64,000 bases of DNA. It comes from Rhina ancylostomus (lineage: Eukaryota). Position 1 is the stretch's first letter. The number at the start of each line of letters is the position of its first letter. The stretch covers positions 104,711,140 through 104,775,139 of the forward strand of contig JARFYF010000084.1 in the NCBI GenBank assembly GCA_030265395.1. Direction: 5' to 3'. Position numbers and translations under genes: made by a program. The notes below the pieces were generated by a model, which saw only the letters and a program-made list of their open reading frames with translations, had not been told where the DNA came from and made no database searches. Shown here piece by piece: positions 36,370 to 48,690 of the stretch.

Positions 36370-39300
36370 AAAAAAGTAAGGAATCAGCGTTTACTTCAGG
36401 TTTCTTTGCAGAAGGTAACTTCCTGATATTGGGACAAGGGCGAGATCAAATATTCGAAGCAGAAAAGTTAAAACAGTGTATTGAGCAGGAGAAACCCATC
36501 CGGGCCATGAATTCCCTCAAAGCTCAGGGCATGCTGTTAGATTTTTCTCGCGAAGTCAGATTGTAGTATTTCCATTCTAGGAATGCCAGAAAAGACTTTT
36601 AAAAATACAAAATTCAACCTTAAAAGATTCGAGATGATGACTTTTATCAACGCGTGCATTATAAAGAAAGGGGAATCCAAATAAAGGGGCCTTCGGGCTT
36701 GACGATAAACAATGACTTCCCTTTCCTTAGGTCAAGTTTTGAGCCATCAATTACGAACTGGACTGGAATTTTTCCTCTGTGCAGATAGACAGAGCTACAA
36801 AGAAGTCTTATAGCTTACCTGACAATTCAGCCAAATCCAAACCAGCCTCAAAGGACAGATAAAGACTGCTGTGAAATTGATAATGTGCTTTACAGGGGAA
36901 AAGTTTCAACGTACACTGAAGATCCTACATTTTCCAAATTATCCCGCTGTTTTGAATATATTGCTCTGTGCTAGCTCCAGGCACATTTGCTTTCTGCAGA
37001 CCTTTCTCAAAACAGAAAGGCCGGAGAATGAAGTTACTCCCCTAATACAGATTCGGCGCCCTGCAAGTGCTGAACTGTTTCCCTTATAGGTTTCTGCAGC
37101 CGTCTGGGGTACTGCTTTTCGGTGAGATCGATNNNNNNNNNNACGGGGAGGGGGAGGAGTGACAGGCTGGGGAAGAGACTGCGGCTTGAAGGGAGATTGC
37201 TTCCTTAGGGAAGGAGAGGAAAAAAAAGAGCCCGGCAAACAAGCAGGGCCAAGCCGAGGGGGAAAAAAACCTTATGGAATCCGTTCACGTGACTTAAAAA
37301 TAATTGTTAGCAGAATCTGGATTAAATCTTGTTATTAACCGCATACAATAAAGTTTCTGTGGTTCATTGTTAGGCTAGTATGCTTGCAAACTGGCGTTGC
37401 ATTTATGCGATGTTGATTTAGGAAACAGCTGCAGCAGACTTGAGGAGAGCTAAGTCCCAATGCATTACTAAGGTAAGGGTGAAGCCGTGCAACATACAGA
37501 GTAAATGGCATTTGCACTTTAAACCCCAGCCACTGCCACACGTTCATTGACTATTTAAAAAAATCTAGATATTCGTAATTAACAAATGTTAAACTTCAGA
37601 GAAGATAATTTATTGCATTGAAGGTTTCCGTTCATTTTGCCCAAGAGAAAAAATAAACTGTTTTGGATGAGACTATTAGACCTCTAAACAGTAAATAAAC
37701 AGGGATTTCATGCACGTTTTTTTCTGACGTTGATCTGTATAAAATTGCTTAATAGCTCAAGAATTTACAAAAGAGAGGTCCAAATGAAACAATAGTATTT
37801 GGTTAAATCTAATTAATGTAAGCTTTAAAAGAAAGGTCTCTAAAAATAAAGCAGTTTAAGTGTCAGTGAAATTCTGTTGGCTTTCATTTTAAGAAACTCG
37901 TTTCTGCATGCGGGTGCAATTGACAAACCCATCACAACAAAGCATTAAGGCCGAGTAATTTATTGCACTCCTCATTCCACACCATAAAACTACTCTAGTT
38001 ATCAAACGACAGTTTAAACTAACCAGAAAATNNNNNNNNNNNNNNNNNNNNNNNNNNNNNNNNNNNNNNNNNNNNNNNNNNNNNNNNNNNNNNNNNNNNN
38101 NNNNNNNNNNNNNNNNNNNNNNNNNNNNNNNACAATGTACCACAAAATTTGAGCTTTCTTATTACTTCTAAACTAGCAAAAGTCTGGCAACATTATTTAC
38201 TCGACTTACGCCGGCCATAATATTACCATTAATCCAACAGATTTTAAGGAGTAAGCAGGAAAAAAGGCGCCTTTGCAGTTCTATCCCAAATCGATTCTTT
38301 CGTGTAGGTCTTTCTTTCTAACAGCCGCTTGTTTTCTTAGAAAAGTCAAGCGTTATTTCCCATTTTACGTGCTATTGAAAATTTCACATTCTGGCCTAAT
38401 ATTATTATTGGATTTTCAATGATCTAGTTCGAGACGGCCGTAAATGAATATTCACTTTTAAACTTTGTTTTTTCCCCTCTATGATAAAACTACAAATCAA
38501 ATCTGAGACGCAGCGCATTTAGATATTTACATGAAATAGAAAAATGAGAAAAACGGAAATAGGCGGTGGCTCTTTGATTTCCTTGTAAGTCGGGTAATAA
38601 TTAAACAAAGAAACGTGGTAGTATTTTTAAACCCTTTCACTGTATTTTGTTGATTATAGCTCGGGAATCGCGTGTTTGCTTCAATAAATTAGTACAAATG
38701 GGATGAAATTCGCTTACTAACTTTATAAACACAAACATTAGGGAGGTTTACGTTGGAATAACGTTGGGACCATATGGCAAATAAAGGGATAGTTGCACAA
38801 AGCACTTGCATTTTGTCAATCTTTTTTGACAACAAATTAACATGCAAAGGAACATAACTGCCCTGCTCAATTGCAATTAGAAAAGCTGTCCCTGCCAATG
38901 TTTCTGGAAAATATTGGAAGCTTAAACTATATTTATTAGTATCTTAAAGTCGGTTTTCCTGCAAATAATCAGAGTTATTGTGGCCTTGATTTTATTCTAG
39001 AATTTTTTAAATAAATCAAGCTGTATGTTTGTGGCTCCAGTGAATTCTTTGAGGTTGCTGTGAACCCCAAACAAAGGAAGTACCCAAGGCTTTTGTTCCC
39101 TCAACTAACCACCAAATTGACACTCTCAAATGGCTCCATGACTACCTTTTGCGCCTGGGTAATACATTTTAACATGGCAAGGAATCAGCTCTGCCTAGAG
39201 CACACAACCTCTTATAACAGAGTTGGAAAAATAAATGACGTTTTCATTTAGTGTCCACTGATTCCGATGAGCTGCAGCACCAAACCACCTGTTACTCTAA

Positions 39301-42028
39301 AATAAGTGTACCTGAAACTAGACATGGGGTTTCAGCACTACAACTAATTCAATGTTTTTTTACCTCTTAACTTCGGGCTCTAGCCCATCTCAATGCCCAA
39401 TTTGGTTATCCTGGATCAAGTCCTGTTTCTGGATAGAGAGATCTAGATCTGAAAGAAGCATTTATTGTTAAATTAAAGGGCCATGCTTCGGTTGCCAAAT
39501 AGTAACTCATGATGTGGTTGTGCTGTTCTAATTTTAGGAGGTGGATCCAATTACTGAAGTGTTTTATTGGAATGCCAGCCCGGAAGTACCAGCCGGTATA
39601 CTGTTGCAATTATCTTGTTTTGATTGATCATAAAGAATAGTAGGAATAATAAAATGTATTTGACTGGTGCGATTAGACATTTAATTAAGTGTTATGTACT
39701 TTTACTAATGATTTTTATTGTAAATATTAGGAGCAGTACTTAATTATGAGCGCAAACAAATGCACGTTTTATGAATGTCCTTTTGCCAGGTAACATCAAA
39801 TCTATCTATTAAATAAGAAATGAATATTGAAAAGAATAAATGTATTCTCTCGCGAGGACAAATCACGTCCATAGGAGTTCAGAGTTTATTCCAACAACGG
39901 ATGAAAATAAATTAATAAAATATTTGAATAGTAAGCAGGACCGGGAATTTATCATAAAATATAATAAAGACAGGCGTTTCTGTAAAACTCTGTATATTGT
40001 CCGGCTCATAGTTGCACATCATATCTAGACACAAGTCAGGCAGTATATAGTCAGAATAAGTGCAACACTTTGTTCAGAATTACATATGTTAGTACATTTG
40101 CTGGAGCACCATAACTCTGTCATTTATTGTAAATCGCTCAAATTAATGAATCATAGAGGAATTTAGCTGATGCCTCTTCATTTCCAAACGCTCCTGCCTA
40201 CAGTTGCCTTTCAGCCCTGCGCATGTAAGAGATGGTGATTTATTAACGACAGGAAAATTGAACAAAGCAGCACAGCTACACCGTGGTATCCAGGCATACA
40301 TACTGTGAACTAGAACATCATCATATGTGTTTGTATTTGTTGCAATTAATCATGAAAAAATCTAAAATATTACTGACACGCGAGAGACTGACTAAACACC
40401 ATCACAGACATGCCGTGATTTAAATCTGAATACTAAAGGGCGCTATTCATCACATTTATGACAGTTTTAAGAAATAAAAAAATGTTAAAACATAAACAGA
40501 ATAAAGGACGGATCATAAAGAGACTACTTACCACAATTCTTAGCTGATTTGTGCCATTTCACTTTCTGAGACAGATCTTCCAATTATAGACTTATTTTTT
40601 AAGGAAAGTTCANNNNNNNNNNNNNNNNNNNNNNNNNNNNNNNNNNNNCTGACGACTACATATCTATTCCGGACCGGCTGCATTAATTATTTAATGAGTC
40701 ACGTGACGGGAGAGATTAAAATTTCAATACATACACGGAGGAGACGCGTGACCCTTTATCTTGGAGTGAGGAGTTTTTTTTCTCTTTGCGCCTTTCTTAC
40801 TTGAATCTTTATTGTTCGGGGTTTCTTTTGGTCTTTGGATGCTCGCTGGTAAGTGATAATGCAAAAATGACTGGCCTGTGCTAATCCCAGATTTGACAGG
40901 TCCGCCATTGATGTCACCTACATTTCGAGCTGCCTCAGTCCAATATTCCTGGGCATTTCTTCAAGCTGTCTTTATTGTCCGCCTGACAGTTTGATATTGA
41001 AGCTCAGTGTTACAGTATCCCGCATACATAACAGTCACACGGAAGGCTAACTCTTTCATATGTGACTTTACATCCCCATAAGGCTGTTAAATTTGACACC
41101 GAATCGACCCTCACTGGCCACAGTCGATATTTTATTATACCACCCAAATGTGTATTAGGTTTTATATTGTGTCTGGAGGTCTTCGGGATCCTACGATTAT
41201 CATAGTGCATAGACTAGTTATTCTAAGTGTGACAAGGAACATCATGCTGTTAAACAGTCGACTTCATAATAGTCCCAGTAAATTTAATGGTTGGTGGCAA
41301 TTATGCTTACAATTTTAGTTGTGCTTTGAACCCAAACCCTCTTGTTCTGGGCACTTTGCACTTGTGCATCCGTTTTCATGTCTCGAATGAAGAAATGTTT
41401 TATAATAATTTCAATCGGTCACCAGTAACTCTCTAAAATGTCGGCTGCAAAACGCCAAGTGTGTAAATATATCAAGAAAGTAAACACGTGTTTGGTAGAA
41501 AAAAGTATCAGTTATTCTCTTCAATAATCAGAACAATGGAGTGCTCCGATAGGTGAATTATCTCACGATTACAAGTGAAGGATTCTCTTAAGTCATTAAC
41601 CACAAAAGTGTTATTAACTAAACCATTCAAAACAACCATTGTTTCTTATCACGTGCAACTGACTGAGCCTGCATATAAATCATCGACAAATTTTCTTCAC
41701 ATAAACACGCCGCATATTTAAAAAGGTTGTTAGATATAGTTTATCTGCGTCTGCGTGTGTCCGTGTATGTGTGCATCTATGTCCGTGAGTGTGTACGTGT
41801 GGTTATGCGTTCTTGCGTGTGTGATATTCAATATCGGCGTATACTTAAAAATAGTTTAATACATATTGCTTGGACATCTTAGACAGCTTTTGGATAGCGA
41901 GCTGTATTCTTTGAGTTCCTATCTGCAGGCATAGGAAATAGTGGAAAGAGCACTGTCCATCTTTTAAAGGTCAAGGGTTTGAGAGGGTCAGTCTGCAACG
42001 CTAAAAACGGCTAATCGGTCAGAAAATT

Positions 42029-42045
42029 TGTCCTCTTGGTGAACT
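42029..42045 (-). promoter_or_regulatory. DR5 RARE between HoxA4 and HoxA3
   Basis: Minus strand AGTTCA-ccaag-AGGACA, 2.5 kb 3' of HoxA4; matches the conserved Hox4 3'/Hox3 5' RARE form (AGTTCA-n5-AGGACA). Confidence 0.8.
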
Positions 42046-44598
42046 CACTCTGGTTGCCCAGCCGTTGACAAACAATGCAACTTTTTATTACAAAAGACGG
42101 TTCGATTTACAATAAACTAAAAACATCAAAGAGAAAGAAAAAGATGCAAACGGGGTTCCATGTGCTCAAGGCACCAAAAATTTGGTCATATAAAGGACAG
42201 GCTGTAATCAACTTGCACTTTCCAAAGCTGATTTTACATGTTTTAAATTATCGTTTGCCTTTGAAAATATGCGTTTTATAATTTCCTGTTGTAATAAACG
42301 TTGGCCAGCTAAAACTCCACAACTGTTCCAAGGATTGGGGTTGGGGGGGGGGGGACGGGAGGGAGGTTGTGGAGAAGCATGGTGTGTGTCGAGATGGCCA
42401 CATTTTATTCAAGAGATCCAATGTGTTCATACACTTTTCTAAAAGAACACCCTTCAGACTTGCTGTTGAAGTGTACAAAGAAGTATTTATTGAATGAGGT
42501 GATTAATGATTCTGGGTAAAATCTGTTATTTTCAATCTGTTTAAAATTCCTTTTATAGATAAGCAAGCACGGTTGTCTAATGGCTGAAGTTTCTCATCGC
42601 CCTTTCTTTGCCTTTTTATATTCGTTTTCAGTGGTCGTAAAGTTCTTTTACAAGCCATGTTTTAAAACGTTTATGTTTGATATTAGCACTGGATATTTGT
42701 AATTTCTTAAAAACAGAGTATTTTGACGGATTGCGGCAAAATAAATATTTTAAAAGAAGTTAAAATGTCGAATTGAGTCTATTTTTGTGAAATTCCTCGC
42801 AAAGCTTCTGATTACTTTATTACTGAGAAATATTCACATAACTACAGAGTATTCCAGTTTTTAAGCAACAATTTTGGGAAGAAATGTATCCAAAGTGCTT
42901 AATTGAATTGCCCTCGCCACTAATGTACTGCATTCAATATTTTGATATTGTTTGTTCTTATTATCTATACAATTTGCAGAAAGGAAAAAGTAAAAAAAAC
43001 AAGGAACGAATTTTTCTCGTGTGAATTTTAAACAATTGCTCTGACAAAGCATCATTTGAAGAATGCATCAATTGTTATACAAAAATACCCCGTTGACGCT
43101 GATTTTCAGGATCCCTGATATCTGCGTTTTCTTCAAGCAAACAATATGATCAAGTAGATTAGATTATCATAATGTTAGAAATCATAAGATACGACTTTAT
43201 ATTCGGTGAATTCTGTCTTAATTATTTAGTGTCTTTCTGCAAGCTTTACAAAATTGTATGACAGTAAGTATTCACTTATTTACTACCGCAATTAATGTTA
43301 TCCTGGCCATGGAGAACAAGTATTACTGTAAGCATTGATAATGTCTTTAAATTTAGCATTTCTCTGGCCCATAGATGCAAAGTCAATCTAAAAATAATTT
43401 CACATGATTACACTCTCTTGCAGGATCAAAAGTATAACAATTAGGTTTATAAAAGGCCTTATTCGCTACCTTGCAGATGACTTATTATTTGATCGCCTCA
43501 CATTTTACTGCATTATTTACGACCTAGTGACGTAGAACTTGATGTGGAAAGGCTGTAGAAAGATGAATTATAGATTCAGACAATAATTTATCCTCTTTCG
43601 CTGAGTTATTCTTCGGAATCACGCACCATTTTTTTGCAATATTTTTTGTTAAGAAAGCTACGTTTTGTTTAAGTTAAAAATGTGATCAAAATAAAAATCA
43701 CTTAAATGTATGATCACGTTTTGGAGTGGAAACAAGCCCCAGTTTCGGTATGTTTATTGAATCCTGACTGCAAGTAAATTGTACACGTAAGAACTGAGAT
43801 GGTCCACGAATTAACGTTTTATTTAAAGCCTGGGGCTTTGTTTTTACACTGTAAATTATGTCTTTCGTTTTAGCAACATTTGGCACTGCACATAGCACAC
43901 TGAAATATCCACAGAAAATACACAAATCTTACCAATGATTTGTACAGTTTCGTCACACTTGGACTGTACCAAAATTGTTAAATATACAACAACTCGTCTG
44001 AAATCTCTGAATAAGCTCCTTGCACATTCGTTATACTGATATCAGTACCACAACTATATAGAGGATACAGATTTAAAATAAAGAAAACACCTTAAATAAC
44101 GCTGGCGACATAATTTATTTCCTATATATGTAGCATCTGAACAGTTTATTCGCTCTAAAAACCATTTCCACATCCACAAATATTGCTGCCTTTCTCATTT
44201 TCTAAAACATGTTTATTCTCGTATTCTCACAAATATTTCAACAGACTACACTAGTTGAAATGATGACGCTTACAGTTCCTCACAATATCTATTATTCACG
44301 GTCCTTTGCTCTTTTTGCTTTGAATATCATGGTAGAAGCCACTTTGACAGAACTTAGCATCGGTTCATGTGGGGGTAATGAAGGATACAGAATGTACCCA
44401 ATCAAACAGAAAACATTTCAAAAGTCTGCTGAGAATGGGTTAACACAATAGAAATGCGTGACCCTAATGAGGTTAACAGCATATCTCCTGGAAGAAAATT
44501 CTCATTGCAAGAAATCCTTCCCCATTCAAGTCAATTATGTGGCAAACACATTTTGGTCCAAACTATGTTGTGGGAGAGGGGTTCGAGACTCGAAGCAG

Positions 44599-44924
44599 CT
44601 ATAGGCTTGATGAATTTGGTGCTGAACCATCTGGCTGTGGGCCCTGGGAGGATACTTGTGTTTGCTGGCTTGCAGAAGATGATGAGCTAGCAGAACGCAT
44701 CTTAGTGTTAGGCAGTTTGTGATCTTTCTTCCATTTCATCCTTCTGTTCTGAAACCAGATCTTCACCTGGCGTTCAGACAGGCAAAGAGTGTGTGCAATC
44801 TCAATGCGTCGACGCCTGGTTAGGTAACGGTTAAAATGGAACTCCTTCTCCAGCTCTAATACTTGTTGTCTCGTGTAAGCAGTTCGAGACCGTTTGGGCT
44901 CTCCTCCAGTGTAATTTGGGTTCA
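44599..44924 (-). CDS. hoxa4: Homeobox protein HoxA4, exon 2; CDS join 45275-45692 + 44599-44924, 247 aa
   Basis: Acceptor tttgttcag|TG; [78 protein letters not shown] is HoxA4-type. Confidence 0.97.
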
Positions 44925-45138
44925 CTGAACAAAAAAAAGTAACCAAACATAAATACAGAGACAGGCACGAATCTGACAATGGGATTAGATGCACGTGAAT
45001 GAAGGTTATAAAAGTCCAGAGTTTTTTGTCAAAAGTGTTCTGACAACGGAGAACAATCTACTGCAATAAAATGGCTCTGGGTATTTAGGTTAGAAAAGCA
45101 TCAAAGACACATGGCCACAAGCGAGATCCAGGGCAATC

Positions 45139-45161
45139 AAATTTATGGGCTCTGTAATTAC
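45139..45161 (-). promoter_or_regulatory. Hox4 intronic HB1 element
   Basis: Minus strand GTAATTACagagcCCATAAATT: clustered TAAT/TTAT homeodomain (Hox/Cdx) sites characteristic of paralog-4 introns. Confidence 0.7.
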
Positions 45162-45274
45162 CGACCTAACAGTTAGGTGATCGTAAATCTCATGAAAGGG
45201 CTAGTTACAGAAAGGGTTCCGCACATCCGATTTCAAGTGAATTTTAATTGTTTCAGTTAGCTTTAGTTACTTAC

Positions 45275-45692
45275 CGGTGGTAACGTGAATTTTCTTCATC
45301 CACGGGTAAACTATGGGCTCTTTGCTGAGAGTGCCCTTCTGGGCAGTGGGATTTTTCGCATTTTGGCTACACAAAGCTGGTGTGGCTACTGGGACCACTT
45401 CACAAAGCTGATTCTGTCTCGGTATGTGATTTTGGAGGCTAGCCTGCGACTGCATATGACCCCTTTGCGACATGTCTTGGTTGCCAGTGCCTTGGACATT
45501 GTTGAAGCTGTAGGTCGGCTCTGGGTAGTTTGATTGTGGGTATAGTGCCTCATGATGGAATCCAGTGTCCCGCGGCCGCTCGTAGTATTCAGGAGATTGG
45601 CTTGGTATGTAGTTATTTTGAGAATATTCCTCACAAGGTGGAAATTTTGGCTCAACGTAGTTGGAGTTTATCAAAAACGAACTCATGGTCAT
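45275..45692 (-). CDS. hoxa4: Homeobox protein HoxA4, exon 1
   Basis: MTMSSFLINSNYVEPKFPPCEEYSQ...KEPIVYPWMKKIHV; donor ACCG|GTAAGT. Confidence 0.97.
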
Positions 45693-45815
45693 TAATTTCT
45701 GAAGTGCAAAATACTAATTTTTCTCGCGTTGTCGTTTTTCTGTTCCATAAAACCCTCCTACTTGCTGTCAAGTGTATAAAGTTAGCTGTTCATGTGATGT
45801 AAGCAGCCAATGGGA
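45693..45815 (-). promoter_or_regulatory. Conserved Hox4 promoter/5' leader
   Basis: Minus strand ATTGG(CCAAT)...CACATG...TTGACAG...GTAGGAGGG...CAGAAAAACGACA...CAGAAATTAATG, typical of vertebrate Hox4 leaders. Confidence 0.65.
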
Positions 45816-48673
45816 CGAGTGGCTGTGGGTCCCGGATAAGGAAATACACCAATGATGAATGCATGGAGTCCAGTGAAAAATTCCATATTATCATTCAAAA
45901 TCTCGTTTCCCCGAAATTATGTTGCCGCATAGAAAGAAAAATAAACTGTAGTAATCAGGAAAAAAGCTAATTGTAAAATGATTTAAAATAGGCAATAATG
46001 TCACGATATTTCATCGGAAACAGATATTTGCAAAATGTGTGTTAACGGGCAGAATATCACAAGATAGCATCAACAGCGGTCTGATAATGTCTGAAATAGT
46101 TTACTCTTTTCTGGGAGTGCGACTCTACAAGCATGTTTCACCCATTTGTCGGGGGGAAGTTAAGGGGATTTGGGGATATAATTACGAGAGTTCATTTGTC
46201 CCCACTGGAGTAACAGATGCTATTGAAGACATTCTGGGCTTCAGTCCTTGAAAGAAGAATTCCCATAAAATTCTGAGAATATTATGCTTATTGTAATAAA
46301 ACATGAGTCTTTTCGAATATCTCACAAAGATCTCAACGTAAAATTACCTTCGCTAAGTGTTAGATAGCCTAAGAGAATGTTGGAAGATTTTGTCCAGTTA
46401 CTTTATGTATATTACAAAACGTTATGTAATCAATTGATATTCCTACAAGGCATAATAAAATTTTGTTAAAACAAACTACCATTTAATTGTTCGATTGTGA
46501 AGTTTTTTATTTAATATTGTCCTCGGAGATTTTTTTAAAATCTGACTTAATTGAGCAGCATGAAATAAAAGTGGCTGAAACGAACATTGCATTATTAGAA
46601 ATGGATTATAAAAGTGGATACTGATTGTATTACTTTTATATAAAAAAGCGTGCACAAAGCACAACTGTTCAGCAAAGCAATTAATTTGAATTGATCTTTA
46701 TTCCAGGGAATTTAATAAACCTTGTTAATTTTGCACATTTGAATTATGAAACAAAGCTACTTATTTCATCTCCTTGCATAGCTAATTGCTGGAAAAAAAT
46801 CAATTAAATTCCAGGTTATCCCATCATATCGTGGTTATGTCTGCATGAAGGAAACATGTAACTTTAATCAATGTTATCTGGTATAGAAATGTATTAAAAC
46901 ACCAGTAGTATTTGATAACGCTTTCTAATGTTTACTTTCTTTTTTCAAAAGGCAATAATAACTTGCGCAAAATTGTGCAAACTAATTAGCGTTTTTGGAT
47001 TAGTTAACCTGATTAAAATTCTACCATACTTATATTCGAATTCAGTTCTATTCCGAATGCACGCAATAAGAAGTTGCCTCAACAGAAAAGTGCCAAGTTG
47101 GTGCATTGCGCGTTATATTTCCAAAATAATCATATGCAATATGCTTTCTGGACTGCAATAAAAGTGATTCATAGCATTCGTTCTTGTCAATAAAGGATGC
47201 GTTAAGATCTATATTTTATTGTTTGGACGGTACACTGTATCCAGACACGTTTGCTCACATTTTTATCAGGGTGAATCTTTTCCAACCACTGGAACACGTA
47301 GTTAGTAGAGTACATTTACCAACCCACCCTGTTTTACAGCGCAGTGTAATCGTCCATTAGAACGCGTTCAATTAAACATCAAGCTGTAAAATCAATTGAC
47401 TTTCGGTGTAATTAATATATGCTTATTTCCACTGCTCACCATACAAAGAAGCTCTGTAAGAGACGACTTAAACAGCAACATTAATATTTTGTGCGACTTT
47501 ATTTTACACGCCCCCAGAAAATCTTGTGTACATGTTTATATTTAAAGAATGCATATTGTTTAAAATGTTATGAAATAATTTGGTCTAAATTATGTTGATA
47601 AAATCTTAGGTTTTGCTAAACAACGCCCTTTTNNNNNNNNNNNNNNNNNNNNNNNNNNNNNNNNNNNNNNNNNNNNNNNNNNNNNNNNNNNNNNNNNNNN
47701 NNNNNNNNNNNNNNNNNNNNNNNNNNNNNNNNNNNNNNNNNNNNNNNNNNNNNNNNNNNNNNNNNNNNNNNNNCTAATTAGCTTGGGCAATGTCTGTATT
47801 TACGCTCTTTGTCGAAAAATAGGGAATTAGAACTCATCGTATAAACACAGGGCGTTTCTGAAGACGAGCAAACGCAGGTCAGTCGCCACAGCATTTTTTT
47901 CATAATAAACAGAGATGGAGCCAAGACCCCCAAGTGTTACCTCGCCTGCGTGAACATTTGACATTTTTACTGCAAGGGTAGATTTACAGCCATTTTAAAG
48001 AGAAAGGCAAAGTTAACGCTTTTTACGACATTTCCAAAACCGGGGTATTGTAAGAACTTGCATCAAATTTTAATTTTAGAAAGAGTCGAGTTTATGAAAC
48101 CGGTTTCACATAAAAGAGGATCCAAGTTCTGAGGCATTGAAGGGAAGATTTGTTTCGCGGTTTAATAAATCAGAAATTACACTTTACCAGCCTTAACTGT
48201 TCCGAACAGCAAATCAGTAGTTTAGATGATTAAGGGTGTCATATTTTCTTCATTAAGCGTCCGAATCCATCAGCCCTGCTCGGGGTATATCAGATAGATT
48301 GTATCATGCCAAAATGTACTTGTTTCCCATCTCTATCTGGGGCATATGGTTAAAACAGCCGGAGTCCGAGTCAAAAACAAAATAAAACAAATAAAATGGT
48401 ACATTTCGAAGATACATCTTCGAGCAAGCTTGCACCGCATCCCACAGAGCCGCACAACTGTGCATTTATTGGACTTCGACACGGGAAACAAAACAAAAGA
48501 TTTTATTCAATGAAATGAGATTTCGTAAGGGATACGCGAAGCTAAGTTTGGAAGTGACCGAAAAGTGACACCGTGTGCATTTTGTTTCTTATTAATCTTA
48601 TACATTGACAGTCTTTGTTAAGTAACAAGGCGTGCCATTCGTGAGGCGACATTTTCATATTTGTTAGACGCGG

Positions 48674-48690
48674 TGACCTGAATTTCACCT
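48674..48690 (-). promoter_or_regulatory. HoxA4 5' RARE (DR5)
   Basis: Minus strand ggccg-AGGTGA-aattc-AGGTCA, about 3.0 kb upstream of the HoxA4 ATG; matches the recalled mammalian HOXA4 RARE AGGTGA-acttc-AGGTCA. Confidence 0.85.

Noticed and set aside
42337-42366. G-rich tracts with G-quadruplex potential (also 4878-4902, 51176-51230)
   Set aside because: Low-complexity runs with no further evidence of function.
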